This document shows positions 41,230 to 54,879 of a DNA stretch of 64,000 bases, piece after piece. Under the pieces are notes generated by a model. That model did not search any database, was not told the origin of the DNA, and saw only the letters and a list, made by a program, of their open reading frames with translations. The position numbers and the translations under genes are program-made. Position 1 is the stretch's first letter. Every line of letters starts with the position of its first letter. This stretch comes from the human T2T-CHM13v2.0 reference genome, Homo sapiens, in the NCBI RefSeq assembly GCF_009914755.1, contig NC_060927.1. One strand, given 5' to 3'.

Positions 41230-42700
41230 ATAAGTTGCTGGCTTTTACTGTGAGCAAGGAGGGGAGCCATAGGAGGGATTTAAACAGAGAGTAGAGTTAG
41301 GAAGACCAATAAAAAGGTGATTGAAATAAGCAGGTGACAGGTGATAGCATCCTAGATAAAGGCAGCAACAGTGGACAAGTAAAATATGGAACACTTCTAG
41401 GTATATTTCTAAAGTAACATTGACAGGATTAGTTAATAGCTTGGTTGTTGTATGAGAGTGAGTAAGAGGAGTATAAAAGGACCCCAAGGTTTTTAGCTTA
41501 AGTAATAGGAACATGGTGATTGCTTTTTTCTGAGAAGGAGAAGACTGTAGGAGAAGCATATTTGTCAGGGGAGAATGATCAAGAGATTTTTACAATTTAA
41601 ATTTGTTTTATGATATTTTTTAAATATCCAAATGAAGATGTTGAATATATAAGTCGGGAGTTCAGGGAATGGGTCATTACTGGAGATATAAATTTGGAAA
41701 GAATCAGAATATAAATGGAGTTTAAATTTATGGGCGTATACGGCATCACCTAGGGAGTGATTTTCAATAGAGAAGCTGTACAAGTGCTGAAACACCACAA
41801 TTTTAGGAGATTTACAAAATGAAGCTAATCCAGCAAACAGGGAAAAATAGGTCAAGAGAGACATTTGTTGACAGAGATAAAAGGGCAACCAGTAACTTAG
41901 AAGGAAAATCGGGAGTCACCAGTTTCAAAAGTCAAATGAAGAAAGTGTTTCAATGATAAGGGAATGATGAATGATGTCAAACATAAAATACGGACTGTGA
42001 ATTGGCCATTGGATTTATCAATCTGAAAGCCACTGATGGCCTTGACAAGAGCAGTTCAGTGGATTTGTGGGCACCACATACCTGACTGGAGTGAGCCAAA
42101 GAGAATGGGAGTGGATAAATTGATGACTGGTTGACTAGGTAATTATTTTGAGGCATATTTGCAGTAAATGGGAGCAGAGGCACTGGGTGTTCACTGGAGG
42201 GAAAAATAGGTCAGGAGAGGTATTTATCAACAGAGAAAAAAGAGGACCATGGTTGTATGCTGAATGGGTATATCCAGCAGAGGGAGAAAATGTCATGATA
42301 TAATAGTAAAAAGTTACAGTTATTGGAATGGTGTCATTGAGTAGGGAAGAGGGGATGGGAACTAGTGCACAGGAGGAACACAAGGCTTAGGAAAAAGTAT
42401 GCAGGGTTCATTTATGCCACCATTTTAACAGAAGGGAAGGCAGCATACATGGGCAGAAAGTTCAGTAGATACATTGATGAAAGCTTGCAGAAGTTTTGTG
42501 AGTGTGCCCTTTTCTCAGTGAAATTAAGAAGCATGATTGTCAGCCAGGAAAGAATAAAATAAGTGATAGAGGTTTGATAGTGAGTAGAAGATCCAGAGAG
42601 TCATTGAGGCAATAGTAAAATGTCCTAGGGAAATAGAAAAATTCTGTATAGGAATAACAACCCACTTAATATTAGTGCCCATGAGTTTAAAATTGGATAG
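41230..42700 (-). mobile_element. Long L2 fragment
   Basis: 'atatccaaatgaagatgttgaata...ggagatataaatttgg...ccattggattta...ccttgacaagagcagttcagtgg' is typical reverse L2. Confidence 0.8.
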
Positions 42701-43169
42701 CCTCTAATTGTTCTTTTTCCCCATGCATATTTTTTGTCACTCCCGTGAAATACCACATGCTGCCTTTAGGGTTGGTGAATTTTTTATGTGCATAATCCAA
42801 GTCTAATTGTGACATCTTGGGTCATGTATGTTACAATTCTTGTATTCTCTACATCATTGACCACAATACTTTAAACTTAATTGTTAATTGATTGATAGCT
42901 TTAGTGATAAATGAAAGATAATCATGGATTGTAGAGTTGGAAAAAACTTAGATATAATTAATTCCCAGCATTTTATGGTTGAAAAAATTGGGAATTAAAT
43001 CAGTTAACAAAGTGGCCCAAGGTCACACTGTTAGTTGAGACCAGGAAACAAAAAATTGTAAGGATTCTTATGCTTTATTTTGAAATATCCCATTTCATTT
43101 TGGCATGCTTTGCTAAAACCACCAGGGTTCTAATAACACAAAATGAGAAACAGGAATCCACCTTGGTAA

Positions 43170-43468
<299 letters not shown>

Positions 43469-43539
43469 CCGCTTGGTAATTTTTTAACCTGAGCCATCTT
43501 AATGTAAACATCACTTCTTAATAAAAAAAAAAAGCCATC

Positions 43540-43925
43540 ATTGTTAGGTGTTTCCTACCTGGTAGGCACTGTACTAAAACTTTGCACAAACGATTTGTTA
43601 AAGTTCTCACATCACCACGTAGAGTGAGAATTCTTGTACAGATGGGGAATTTGAAGCTTACCTAATATTAATGACCTTCCTAAAAGCACACAGTTAGTAA
43701 AAGAATCAGAAATTCAAACCCAAACCCAGCAGAAGCTAGTGACTCTCAAACTCTAAAAGGCATCAGAATCACCAGAAAAGTAATTGTTAAAACACAGATT
43801 CTTGGGCCCCATTCCCCAAGTTTTTTAGTAGGTGTGAGATAGAATTCAATAGCACATATGTCCAACAATTTCTCATTTAAATGCTGTTGCAGCTGGTCCA
43901 AGGACCTCATTTTGAGAACTGCTGC
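43540..43925. mobile_element. MIR (minus, ~43540-43725) followed by MER5A (~43737-43925)
   Basis: 'aggcactgtactaaaac...acacagttagtaa...attcaaaccc'; 'gactctcaaact...catcagaatcacc...ttttgagaactgctg'. Confidence 0.7.
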
Positions 43926-44346
43926 ATTAGTTTGTCTTCCTCATAGAGCAGAAGCCTCCTGAATTTTGCTCCAAAAGTTCCTTTTTTTTTTTTTAATTCT
44001 CTTCATCACTATCCTAATTTAAGCTCTTTGTTCCCTACTCCATTCCCTGTCACATCTTAGAGCATTGATATTCTGAATACTTCTCATACTTCCTACAGTG
44101 GAGTGAATGAAATATCAGGTAAAAGTTACATGTTTTCTGTTATTAGAAAAAGCTATGATCCTAACTTTTTTATATTCTTGTTTTTTAGTTTAATTATTTC
44201 AGTTTCTTTATCATAGTATGAACATTTTTGATAGTTTAAAAATTATAAATAATAAAAGTTGAATAAATAAAATTCTCATAAATCAATTTATCTAGAAATT
44301 ATTATAGCTTATTAAGAGCTTACATAGCTTTAAAATATTTAAGAAA

Positions 44347-44686
<340 letters not shown>

Positions 44687-44722
44687 TCATACATGTTCAA
44701 GAAAAATATTCAGACTGTTAGA

Positions 44723-44948
44723 ATTGCTTCTTATGTGAGTGTACTGTGCTCTATCTTTTCCTACTTGTATCCAAAACAAATATCTTTACTAAATCAGTCA
44801 CTCTATATTGAAATTCTCATCAGCTCATGAGTCAGATCAAGGATTTTCAATGAATCCCCATTGCCTAATAAATTAAATTCAAACTGAGCACATAGGAATT
44901 AGAGATATAGAACATGATATCAGTCTACCCAGTCTGGTCTTCCAATTC
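44723..44948 (+). repeat. Donor copy of a local inverted duplication (probably L2-derived sequence)
   Basis: Reverse complement of 45901-46130; 171/200 identical without gaps by manual alignment. Confidence 0.9.
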
Positions 44949-45667
44949 TATCTCCCCATGTCCTATTCAAAACATGATTACACTACTTCTAAATATGTCC
45001 AGATTTTAGGACTATCAAGCCGTTTATCATGCAATCCCATTTTCCTGAAATATTCTAGGTTTTTTGAAATTCTACCACTTTCTCCCCACTTAGATTCAAG
45101 CCATCTCCTCTACGAGGGCTTTTCTAAACTTTTAGCTAGCTATATTTCTCTCTCCTTCTTTGAATCTTTTGCAGCAAATGTTGGTTTTTATGTGTGCTCT
45201 TCAAGATGATACAGATATGGAGAACTCAAAAAGTGACCAGATTTAAACCCAGATGTGAATAATTATTTTCACTTATTTGAGTTTTCAGCTTTGGTTTTCT
45301 TGTTGATTACATGAAGTAATAATATTCATGTTGTAGAGAAATTCTAAGGATTAAATTAAGTAATACATTTAAGAGGCCATGGCATATTCTTATTAAAGGG
45401 TTCTCAGTAAATGTTAGTTCTCATAATATTCATTGATCTTCTAGTTATAAGCCACAGAAATCTTAGTCAAATTACCATGAGAAAAGAGGGAATGTAATGT
45501 TTCTGTCTCAAATGACATCATTAGAATTTTTTCTATACATATCTTTGTCTTTCTAATTGGCTTTATTATGTGGACTTTTATTCATGTATATCTAGATGGA
45601 TATTTTCATTATTACAAATAAATATTTATAGCAACAATTATTTGTATACATTTCTTTTGAGAGCAGT

Positions 45668-45763
45668 ATACATATATATGTATATACACACTTATGTATA
45701 TATATACAGATATATATATACAGATATATATATATACACAGATATATATATATATATATATAC
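45668..45763. repeat. (TA)n-type microsatellite
   Basis: 'tatacatatatatgtatatac...gatatatatatatatatata'. Confidence 0.9.
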
Positions 45764-45764
45764 A

Positions 45765-46463
45765 TGTTTTGAGTTAAATTGTGTCCTCTAAAATTCATAT
45801 GATCAAGTCTTAATCTCTAGTACCTCAGAAAGTGGCTTTATTTAGAAAGAGTGTAATTGCAGATGTAATTGGTTAAGGTAAGATCATACTGGAGTTAAAT
45901 GAATTGGAAGACGAGATTGAACACACTAATTGATGCCATATTGTATATCTCTAATTTGTATGTGTTTGGTTTGGATTCACTTTATTAGGCAATGGGGATT
46001 CATTGAAAATTCTTGAGCTGAGCCATGAACTGATGAGAATTTCAATTTAGAGTGATTGATTTAGTTAAGATATGTGGTTTGGATACAAGTAGGAAGAGAC
46101 AGAGCACATTCCATTCACACAGGAAGCAATCATTCAAAAGTACAGTGGGCATCTAATTCAATATGATTAATATTCTTCCCCAAAAGGGAAATTTGGACAC
46201 AAAGACATAAACCTAGGGAGAATGCCATGTGAAGATGAAGGAAGAGATCTATAATCCAAGGAATGCCAAATACTGCAAGGAAACCACCAGAGGCCAAAAG
46301 AGACATGAAACAGGTTTTTCTTCACTTCATTCAGAAGAAACTAACTCTGTCTGATACCTTCATCTAGGACTTCTAATCTCTAGAACTCTAAGGCAATACA
46401 TTTGCTTTTTTAAGCCACCCAGTCTGTACTACTTTGTTATGGCAGCCCTAGCAAGCTAATACA
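45765..46463 (+). mobile_element. MLT1C/B solo LTR interrupted by a ~245-bp insertion (~45896-46140)
   Basis: 5' 'tgttttgagttaaattgtgtcctctaaaattcatatg...gatcatactggagt'; resumes 'acagtgggcatctaattcaatatga...'; ends 'ggcagccctagcaagctaataca'. Confidence 0.88.
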
Positions 46464-46479
46464 ACATATTTATAAGATT

Positions 46480-46548
46480 ATCTATCTGTCTATCTATCTA
46501 CCTATCTTCTATGTATCCATCTACCAATTCCTCTATAAATATATTGGA

Positions 46549-46600
<52 letters not shown>
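46480..46600. repeat. (TCTA)n and (TA)n microsatellites
   Basis: 'tctatctgtctatctatcta' and ~20 pure TA units at ~46557-46598. Confidence 0.9.
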
Positions 46601-46606
<6 letters not shown>

Positions 46607-46748
46607 CATATGTTTGTTTATGTGTGTGTGTTCTTGATTAACATCTTTCTGAAATTTCCAGTAAAAAATGAAACAGAACAAAACAAAAACTTTGATTTCT
46701 ATTAGTGTTCTTACAGCACAGAAGTTTCTGACAAACTCTACTGGATCA

Positions 46749-47033
46749 AGCTGGACATGGTAACACACACCTGTAATTCCAGTGCTTTGAGAGACTGAGG
46801 CAGGAGAATCACTTAATGCCAGGAGATGGAGACCAGCCTGGGCAATGCAGTGAGACCCTATCTCTACAAAAACATAAAGCAATTAGCCAGGCACAGTGGT
46901 GTGCACCTGTAGTCCCAGCTACTTGGGAGGCTGTGGCAGGAAGATCAATTAAGACCAGGAGCTTAAGGCTTCAGTGAACTATAAATGCACCATTGCACTT
47001 CAGCCTGGGCAACAGAGTGAGACTCTGTCTCTA

Positions 47034-47083
<50 letters not shown>

Positions 47084-47086
47084 TAA
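46749..47086 (+). mobile_element. AluJ with (AAT)n microsatellite tail
   Basis: J-type features ('agcctgggcaatgcagtgagaccc', 'gcttcagtgaactat'); TSD core 'aaactctactg'. Confidence 0.92.
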
Positions 47087-47689
47087 ATTTTTTAAAACTC
47101 TACTGAAGCCCTTTCTGAGGTTTAGTCCAAGCACCGTGGAGGATATGGTTCTTTGGTTTTCCTGTCTGTGTCTTACACTCATGGGAATATAATTGACAGC
47201 CTCATCGTAACTGCATTTATTGAAAGTGGTATTTTCCTCAACAAAGGTATTCTGGCTTACCAGAACATGTCTACTACAGTTTTTCCCTTTTCTTTCTTTT
47301 AATATTATAATTTTTGCTGCCTGATACATTGGGTAACAACTAAAACTTGAAGATGCAGACTTTGTGTTAGTCATCTTTTTATCCCTTATATCAAAAACTT
47401 TATACAAGGAAATATTTCAATAAAAGTACTGGGTTAAAGTTAATCTAACTAAAAGGAAAAAAAAAAGTAAACCAAAAAATAATGCAGAAATATACACGCT
47501 CAGAGAAGTAATCTGCAAAATACAAGGGGGAACATTGTCTCAGGAAAGCAGGCTATTAGAAATTTTCATTTTCTGATCTCCTTTCATTCAGAATTCCAGA
47601 TAAAGCTCTCCATAAATCCTTATGTAGCATTTATTTTTACTAATAATTTCAACATGTGGATTAGAAATTAAATTTGTGACAGCTCTCAG

Positions 47690-47850
47690 AAGCATTGTCC
47701 AGGCCTTAATGCACATATGTGTTACCCAGGATCTTGTTAAAATGCAGATTATGGTTAAGTACACATGGGATTGCTCTAAAATTCAGATTTCTAACAAGTT
47801 CCAAGATGGAACTATTGAAGCTCCTGTGTAGGCCACACTCTGAGTAGCAA
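47690..47850. mobile_element. MER5B-like element
   Basis: 'ggatcttgttaaaatgcagatt...tttctaacaagttcc...ccacactctgagtagcaa'. Confidence 0.7.
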
Positions 47851-50439
47851 TAACTTAAACTTGAGCACAAGGTGTGCACCAAATCCAGCTGTGGATGTAT
47901 TTAGCCAGCGCAAGACTTCAATTTAAAAAAAATGAATTAAAATGTCTTCTTATGAACTTGAATGCACCCATTTGTCCAATACCTTCTTTATTACTTTAAA
48001 ACCTAAGAATTCACAAATTTAAATTGTCAACTAGCTGACAGTGAATGTTTGAGGTTTAGATACCTGCTCATTGATTTTCTCCATTTGTACCAAATGATCC
48101 CAGTGACTCATGTGAATGTTTCTAGGGCAGGCTCTCAGTGAGATGCACCCTCTCTGGGCCTGCAAAAAGGGTAAGAGATTTCTGTATTTTTGTTAAAATA
48201 TTTGAGTTCGTTGAGGTCTTACTTCAGTCATTTCTAGTAGTTTCTATTCTCCCTAAATGGATGGAATATATATTATGTTGTCAGTGGCAGGGAGGAGGCA
48301 GTAGAACAGTGAAGTGTTGGTTTGCTGGATTTTAATTTTCAGAGAACAGCAGATAGTCTACAACCTTTTAGACTTTCTCTTTAAGAACTTGCCATGTCCA
48401 GATCAAAGGAATTTATTAGGCTTTTCGCTCTCCTGTTTTTTTTTTTTTAGCTCAAAATGAACAAATTTTCTAGTACAAAAGAAATGCTTTAAAAGAGTTC
48501 TTTTAGTCTTTATTTGAAATCTCCTGCTCCCCTTCAGTTCATAGATGTGTCGTACACTGAATGGAGGAATCAGACTACTACACTTTGATCATTTCACTAT
48601 CTTGTTTGATTAGTGTTTTCAAACTATGGAGTTTATCAGCAGGGGGCAGGTTGATCCCTGTGGCTTATAATGGGCAAAGTATGGGGGAAAAATAGGTTTT
48701 TAGAAATCGTTTAAGATCAGTCAGTTTCCTCCTTCTTCAAGGTTTAAAAATAACATCATGGACAGATAGACTTTGACACAGAATAAGCTCAGATATTTCC
48801 AAAGGGAAAACTGACCAGCATGTACAGTGCACTTTTTTCCCTCCGTCTTTCTCTCTTTAAAATCGTGACTTCTAGTCCTTCGATTATTATAAACTATAAT
48901 CAAACTAAAAAAAAAAAAAAACAGAAGCACGAGGTACAACTGCTCAATTTTAATTTTCATTTACTGAGCAAACACCACTTTCAGAATGAAAGTTAAGGTG
49001 GTTAAATGAGATTTTAAGAATTCAGCTTTTTGGAGGAAGGCATTGAATTGTATTGCATGAGGCAATTTTAACCATTGCTGTGAACTTGGGTTATTCATCC
49101 TCCCCTTAGGGATTGTCAATTTGCAGTTCCATACCTCTAATTCAAGAGAAATAGCTTTGCTTCTGATTTAATAAATAACACCAACACATAGGCTTTCTTT
49201 TTTGGTATTTTGGAGGTATCCTGAGTGGCAGTGCTGTGCAGGTTGTCAGCTTGTGACTTTTTACAATGGCTGGCAACAGATGATTAGCTCAAGGACTAGC
49301 TTCCTTTGTAGATCTGGGGAATGCTATCTGATTATGGATTTTTTAATTTGGGAGTAAATGAGATCATGTGGGACTTTCCAGTTTAAATAAATTAAGTAGT
49401 TTTAAATGTGAAATGAGCACAAAGGACCAAATGAAAAAGATGCTAGTTGGGCCAGATTCTAGACAGACAAATTTGCCTTAGGCACCTCCTTGCTTCCTGA
49501 TGTTCTTCTCTGAGGCAGCCAGTGGATGAGTAGGAGAAGGGGTTGTCTGTCTCTTAGGGTTAATCATGATATGAAATGTCCATGTCTTTACCTAGTTTAT
49601 TTTCCAAAGCTCTTTTTTTTCTCCCCTAAGTATTTTTCATCTCAACTTTATATAAAGGGGAGAATTCTATATAAACTACTTCATACTCAAAGTGAAAGAC
49701 CACTAGCTCAAATAACCAGATGAAGAGAATTTTAATGAAGAAAATCTCAGGCAGCTTTACAAAATAAAATGGAGAATAAAATGGAGATATTTGGGGATTT
49801 ATAGACCTTCCAAAACTCATTTTTTTAACTTTTACCTTATTAGTCAATAACAATTTTAAGTTTTAATTTCAGGTAGAGACAGTAAATATAAATACATGAA
49901 ATATTCTATTCTCTTTATCTGAAAGCAAGATGCCATTGTATGTTATTATTCTCTCTTAGAGTTAAACATACAGTAGGTAATTATTCATTGTATCTGCCTT
50001 AATTCAAAAAAGATTTAATATATTTGTGTTCTTTTGGGACTTTTAAAAGTATACAAGAATATGTATTCTATATGTACCAAATTTCTACATCAGTTAAATC
50101 TCTCAAAATGAAATTGCTAACCATATCACATACAATGCTTTGATGGAAGGATTTGGTACATGTTTGTTTATTAATTATTGGTAAACAATTACTTTTTCTT
50201 TTAGTCATTAAAATTTTGACAGTATAGGTGGGTTTTTTTTTTTTTTTGGTACTTAGACATATCAAGAATGGGATGATGCCAGCAATGTGGTAAAAAATGA
50301 AATACAATTTCAAGAGATTTCTCTTAGGAATTCATCTCTTCTGCATTTACACAATTGCTGCTTCACTCCATTACTAATAAGCACTAAAATGATATCTTTG
50401 CCTTAAGTATTCTCTCCCACTCCCTTTCCAATATAGCCT

Positions 50440-50880
50440 CCAAATTGAGTCCAGCATTTTCTTCGTAAAATAGAAAACTTCTCAAACCACTCCTCTCCCT
50501 CTGATTTTTAAATAGCTCTCCAGCTGTTGCCAGCACAACTTTCCCATGTAATCACTCTACACTTTCACCATTCCTCCCAGATGGAGCAACTTCAGGTCTC
50601 TGCAAATGATACTTTTGTCAGGCTTTTGTACATGCTGTTCTTTGCCTGAGGACTTTGCATTTATTCTTCAAGAATATGCCTAACCATCTTACCATCTGGG
50701 AAGTGTTCGTTGACACCTTTTCTTCCCACCTATCCCAAGAATATTTAACACTTCCTCCTCTATAGTTCCATTAGATATTAAATATAGCACTTACCATAGT
50801 AGCTTGTGATTGTTTTATTACTTGTTTCTCTACTAAAATATGAACATCGTGAGAGCCAAGAACATATTTTATTTCTGGAA
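50440..50880 (+). mobile_element. L2 fragment
   Basis: 'ctttgcatttattcttcaagaa...tgggaagtgttcgttgac...tatagcacttacca'. Confidence 0.5.
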
Positions 50881-51059
50881 AATTCACAGACCCATATTAT
50901 ACCACACAAGTACAAAATTTTAATAGTTGCCTAGTTCCTTTTTCTCATGCTTGAATCCTACCCTTTCTGGGTGCCACATCTTAGAAATGGCACTAATATT
51001 ACCTAGTTTTCGTAACTAGATATTTGGTGTATTTCATGGAATATGCAATTTGTGGGAAC

Positions 51060-51235
51060 TGCAAACGTAGTGGTAGGTGGTTCAAGCTATGTATGAATTA
51101 GAATCCAGAGACCAGCTCTTACAAAGTACACGATCTTGGGTAATGTCCTTAATCTTTGTTTCTGCATTTCTTTAACTCTATAATGAGGATGACAATAGTA
51201 CCTTCCTACTTTTTAGAGTTGTGGTGAAGATTACT
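51060..51235 (+). mobile_element. MIR
   Basis: 'gatcttgggtaatgtccttaatct...ataatgaggatgacaatagtacct...gagttgtggtgaagatta'. Confidence 0.65.
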
Positions 51236-51299
51236 CCATACTCCCTTGAAGTGAAATAAAGCTGAAAATTAACACACAGGCTTGCTGCCTAAAGTCCCT

Positions 51300-53080
51300 T
51301 TAAATTTAGGCTCATAGCCTTGTTGGTTTCTAGCAATCCTATCATATTCCCACTCAGCTCTTTTTTTCATTAAGTTAGATGACCATGTTATTCTCTCTTT
51401 TCTCTTCACCTTCCACATATCTCTCATTCTTGCTTTCATCTGGTGATTCTGCTTCCTATTTTCCTGAGAAAAATAAAAGCAACCAGAGTTGAAGGTTGCA
51501 CAGCATGCCACCAACACTTTCTTCCCCCAACAACCTCTGTGCTCACTAAGCTGCTTTCTGTCTTGCTATTACTAGCTGTGACTAGCAAAGACCAACTCCT
51601 TCAATTTTGTATGGACCCCACCTTCTGTCACATGGGACTGCTGCAGAGCTCTAGCAATGGCTCCTTCTTTTTCCTCCATCAGATGTTTTCAACTTCCCAC
51701 AGGATCTTTCTTAACAGCATAAAAGCATATTTCCCTCATCTTAAAAAAATTATGATTGAATCCACTTCCTTTGTAGCTACAGCCCCATTCTCTCCTCCAT
51801 ATATTTACCACAAAGATCCTCAAAAGAGTGGTTTATGCTATCTGTACTTGTCTTTTATTCTTGTGCCTCCTTGCTACCTTAGACTCATTGCAACTGGCTT
51901 TCTACTGCCATCAAACTGTTCTAGTCAATGTCCGTGGTCAATTTAGAATTTTCGTCTTACGCAATTAAGCAGAAATATTTTATGCACTTGGTTACTGACT
52001 CCTGTGTTAATGAAATAAAATGAAAATTTTATTGATTTGCCAGCCACAAATTCAACTTCTATGTTTCTTTTCTTCTCATAGGATGATTCTCTTCTGTCTC
52101 CTTGAATGCTTCCTTCTCAACTACTGTATCTCTAGACTTTGGCTAAGTCCCTGGACTCCTCATTTCTATCTACTTTCATTTTATTGGGTAATGTTTAGTT
52201 CCATGCTTTTAAATATCTCCCATGACCCCGTGATTTTCAAACTTATATCTATAGTATGAACCCTTCTTCTGAACTTCAGACACATATATTCAACCAGCAA
52301 CCACAAGTTCTATAGCTACAGGCATTTTCAAGTAATCATGTTCAAAATTCTGTCCTTCTCTTCCCCAAAATGTGTTTCTTTCAAATGATTTCGCATTTCA
52401 AGTGTAGCAATTCCATCCTTTTAGTTTCTAAGGACAAAAAACTTGGAAGCATTCTTTACACCTCTTTCAATTACACCCTACATCAGATGCATCAACAAAA
52501 TTCCTTTGTTTCTGCCTTCATTATATACCCAAAATCACTCCAACACTCACTACTTTCCCATGCAACTAACCTGGCTTAAGCCATCATCATTTTTTTTCCT
52601 TATAATAGCCACTAATAGATCTCTCTGATTCTTCCATTACTTCTCCTGCAAACTATTCTTAAGGCAGGCAGAGTGCTTCTTTAAATATACAATTAATTGA
52701 ATTTCCTTTCTCTGTTATCTTTCCATTGCCTTCCAACCTAGAGTCCTTAGATCAGACATTTGCTGTCTCTTATCCCATCTGCAGGAATACCTCTATAATT
52801 GAATTTCCCTTTTCGTTTAGCACTTTACTAAAATGGCAGTCACCCCTGCCCCCCTTATGATATTTTTGTCCTCCTTTTCAGATATTTTTTCCCATTGCAT
52901 TCATCACTACTGATAATAAATCATTAATTTACTCACTTTAATTTTGTTCTCTTTCCACCAACTAGAATGTAAGCTTCATGAGATAAAGAATTTTTGTCTA
53001 TTTTGTTTACTGCAAAATTTTCAGAACTTTAAAAGTGCTTGGAACATAATAGGGTTTCATTCAATACTTGTGAATAATTA
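51300..53080 (+). mobile_element. Long degenerate L2
   Basis: L2 body motifs and 3' end 'ctagaatgtaagcttcatgagataaagaatttttgtctattttgtttactg...ttcaatacttgtgaat'. Confidence 0.8.
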
Positions 53081-53914
53081 AGTGCATTAGGAGCTGTTAT
53101 TATTTAAACGGTCTGTTTCATATTATCTGATATTAATTACAAGCATTTTCAATTTGAAGCCTGCTTGATTGAATCTATCACATTGTACATGCTCAGTCAT
53201 TTTAAAAATAATCACTTTATCATATGTGGAATGGTGATTTCTAAAATCTCATAATACATTTAAGATTTTAATTTATATTTATGTAAGACGAATTTAATTA
53301 ATACATCTCCAACTTTATTAAATATAATTTAATTTTAATAATTCTGAAAACATTTTAAAGGTTGTAATGACTTAGAATCATAATTGGCCTGCAATGGATA
53401 TGTGTTTGCCTTTAATTTGCATTGCTGTTTTATTATACACAGGAACTTAGTTGTTATTTAACATATATTTTTAGTAACAGTTAATTTTGTTTTGAATTTA
53501 ACTCTTTCAAGTTAAAGTGGATGGCAGAAATTTAACTCTGACATCTAAGCTGTGCTACCTCATTACTTTGCTACCAATAGTTTTAATGAAAACAGAAGGA
53601 CCCTTTCCTGAGTGTTTTTATTCCTTTTACTAAAGTCTTTTGTGTCTTTAAAAGCATCCTTTGTCTTTCTGGTAGTCCACCATTTCCCATTGTTTCAATA
53701 GCAGTGTTAATACATGTCACTTCAAACTTTTGCTTATATTGTACCTGTCTTCACCTTTTACTAAATTTTTAACTCTCATTCACACTGGCTGTAATATGAT
53801 TCTCCCGTCGTTTCCAACCTCATCCCAATCTTTTCAAATAAATCTTATTATGGGATCCAGAGCAATAAGTAATAATGAGAAAGGCTTTTTTTTTCTTGAT
53901 CTCTTTGAGATAAC

Positions 53915-54254
53915 AAGGGTATTCAATTAGGAAAAGAAGAAGTCAAATTGTCTCTATTTGCAGATGACATGAGTGTATATTTAGAAAACCCCATCGTCTC
54001 AGCCCAAAATCTCCTTAAGCTGATAAGCAACTTCAGCAAAGTCTCAGAATGCAAAATCAATGTGCAAAAATCACGAGCATTCCTATACACCAACAACAGA
54101 CAAACAGAGAGCCAAATCATAAGTGAACTCCCATTCACAATTTCTACAAACAGGATAAAATACCTAGGAATACAACTTACAAGGGATGTGAAGGACATCT
54201 TCATGGAGAGCCATAAACCACTGTTGAAGGAAATAACATAGGACACAAACAAAT
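53915..54254 (+). mobile_element. Internal L1PA ORF2 (reverse transcriptase) fragment
   Basis: Translates [43 protein letters not shown]...[14 protein letters not shown], i.e. L1 ORF2p RT with the FADD motif; no 3'UTR, poly(A) or TSD. Confidence 0.95.
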
Positions 54255-54410
54255 ATCAATTGATATTTCAGTGTTACGTATCTCAATGTTAATATCTCAC
54301 TGCGAAATTGTTGCAGCCTTTGTTATTCCACCTATGATGACATCCTGGAACCACAACATTCAGCCCCAATATCTCTATCAGATTTAGACATGCTACCTAG
54401 CTATAAGCCT

Positions 54411-54879
54411 GGTAAGGGGAGAAAAAGTCATATCTTTTCCTCACTCATCACAAGGTTTGTGGCTGAGACCTCTGTAACAAAAGAGAGATTAAGAAAAGAA
54501 AACACACAAAAAAATATTTAATATATTTTACATGACATAAGAGACATCAGAAATGAAGACCTCCCCAAACCAGGAAAAACTATATTTTTATGGACACTCA
54601 TGCAGAAGAGAATAAAAGGGTATGACCTAATGGTAATAATCCGAGGGGAACTTAGAGAGGCCTGTTTGTTCAGATTCTTCTTAGTATCTGTGTTGATTTT
54701 TCTTCCTTCAGATATGGGACTGAACAACTGTCCCGTGAAGATCTTCAGGGGAGAAGGGAAGGAGAACATCAGAGAGTGATCTTCCTAGGTTGTATGGCAG
54801 GAAGAAATGGAAAAATGGCTGGGGCAGGAGTTTCTCAAATGCCAGGGTATTTTGGGGTAGTGTTTCCTGCACGCCATCA
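54411..54879 (-). mobile_element. MER4-group (ERV1) solo LTR, MER34-like
   Basis: Minus strand starts 'tgatggcgtgcaggaaacactaccccaaaataccctggcatttgagaaac'; subfamily uncertain. Confidence 0.7.

Noticed and set aside
47000-47407. 135-aa ORF with poly-Leu
   Set aside because: Poly-Leu is the reverse of the (AAT)n tail of an AluJ.
51443-51946. Longest ORF (167 aa)
   Set aside because: Within a degenerate L2, GTG start, no recognisable domain.
53948-54241. RT-like ORF as a novel or domesticated reverse transcriptase
   Set aside because: A plain L1 ORF2 fragment with a TTG start, substitutions and an in-frame stop.
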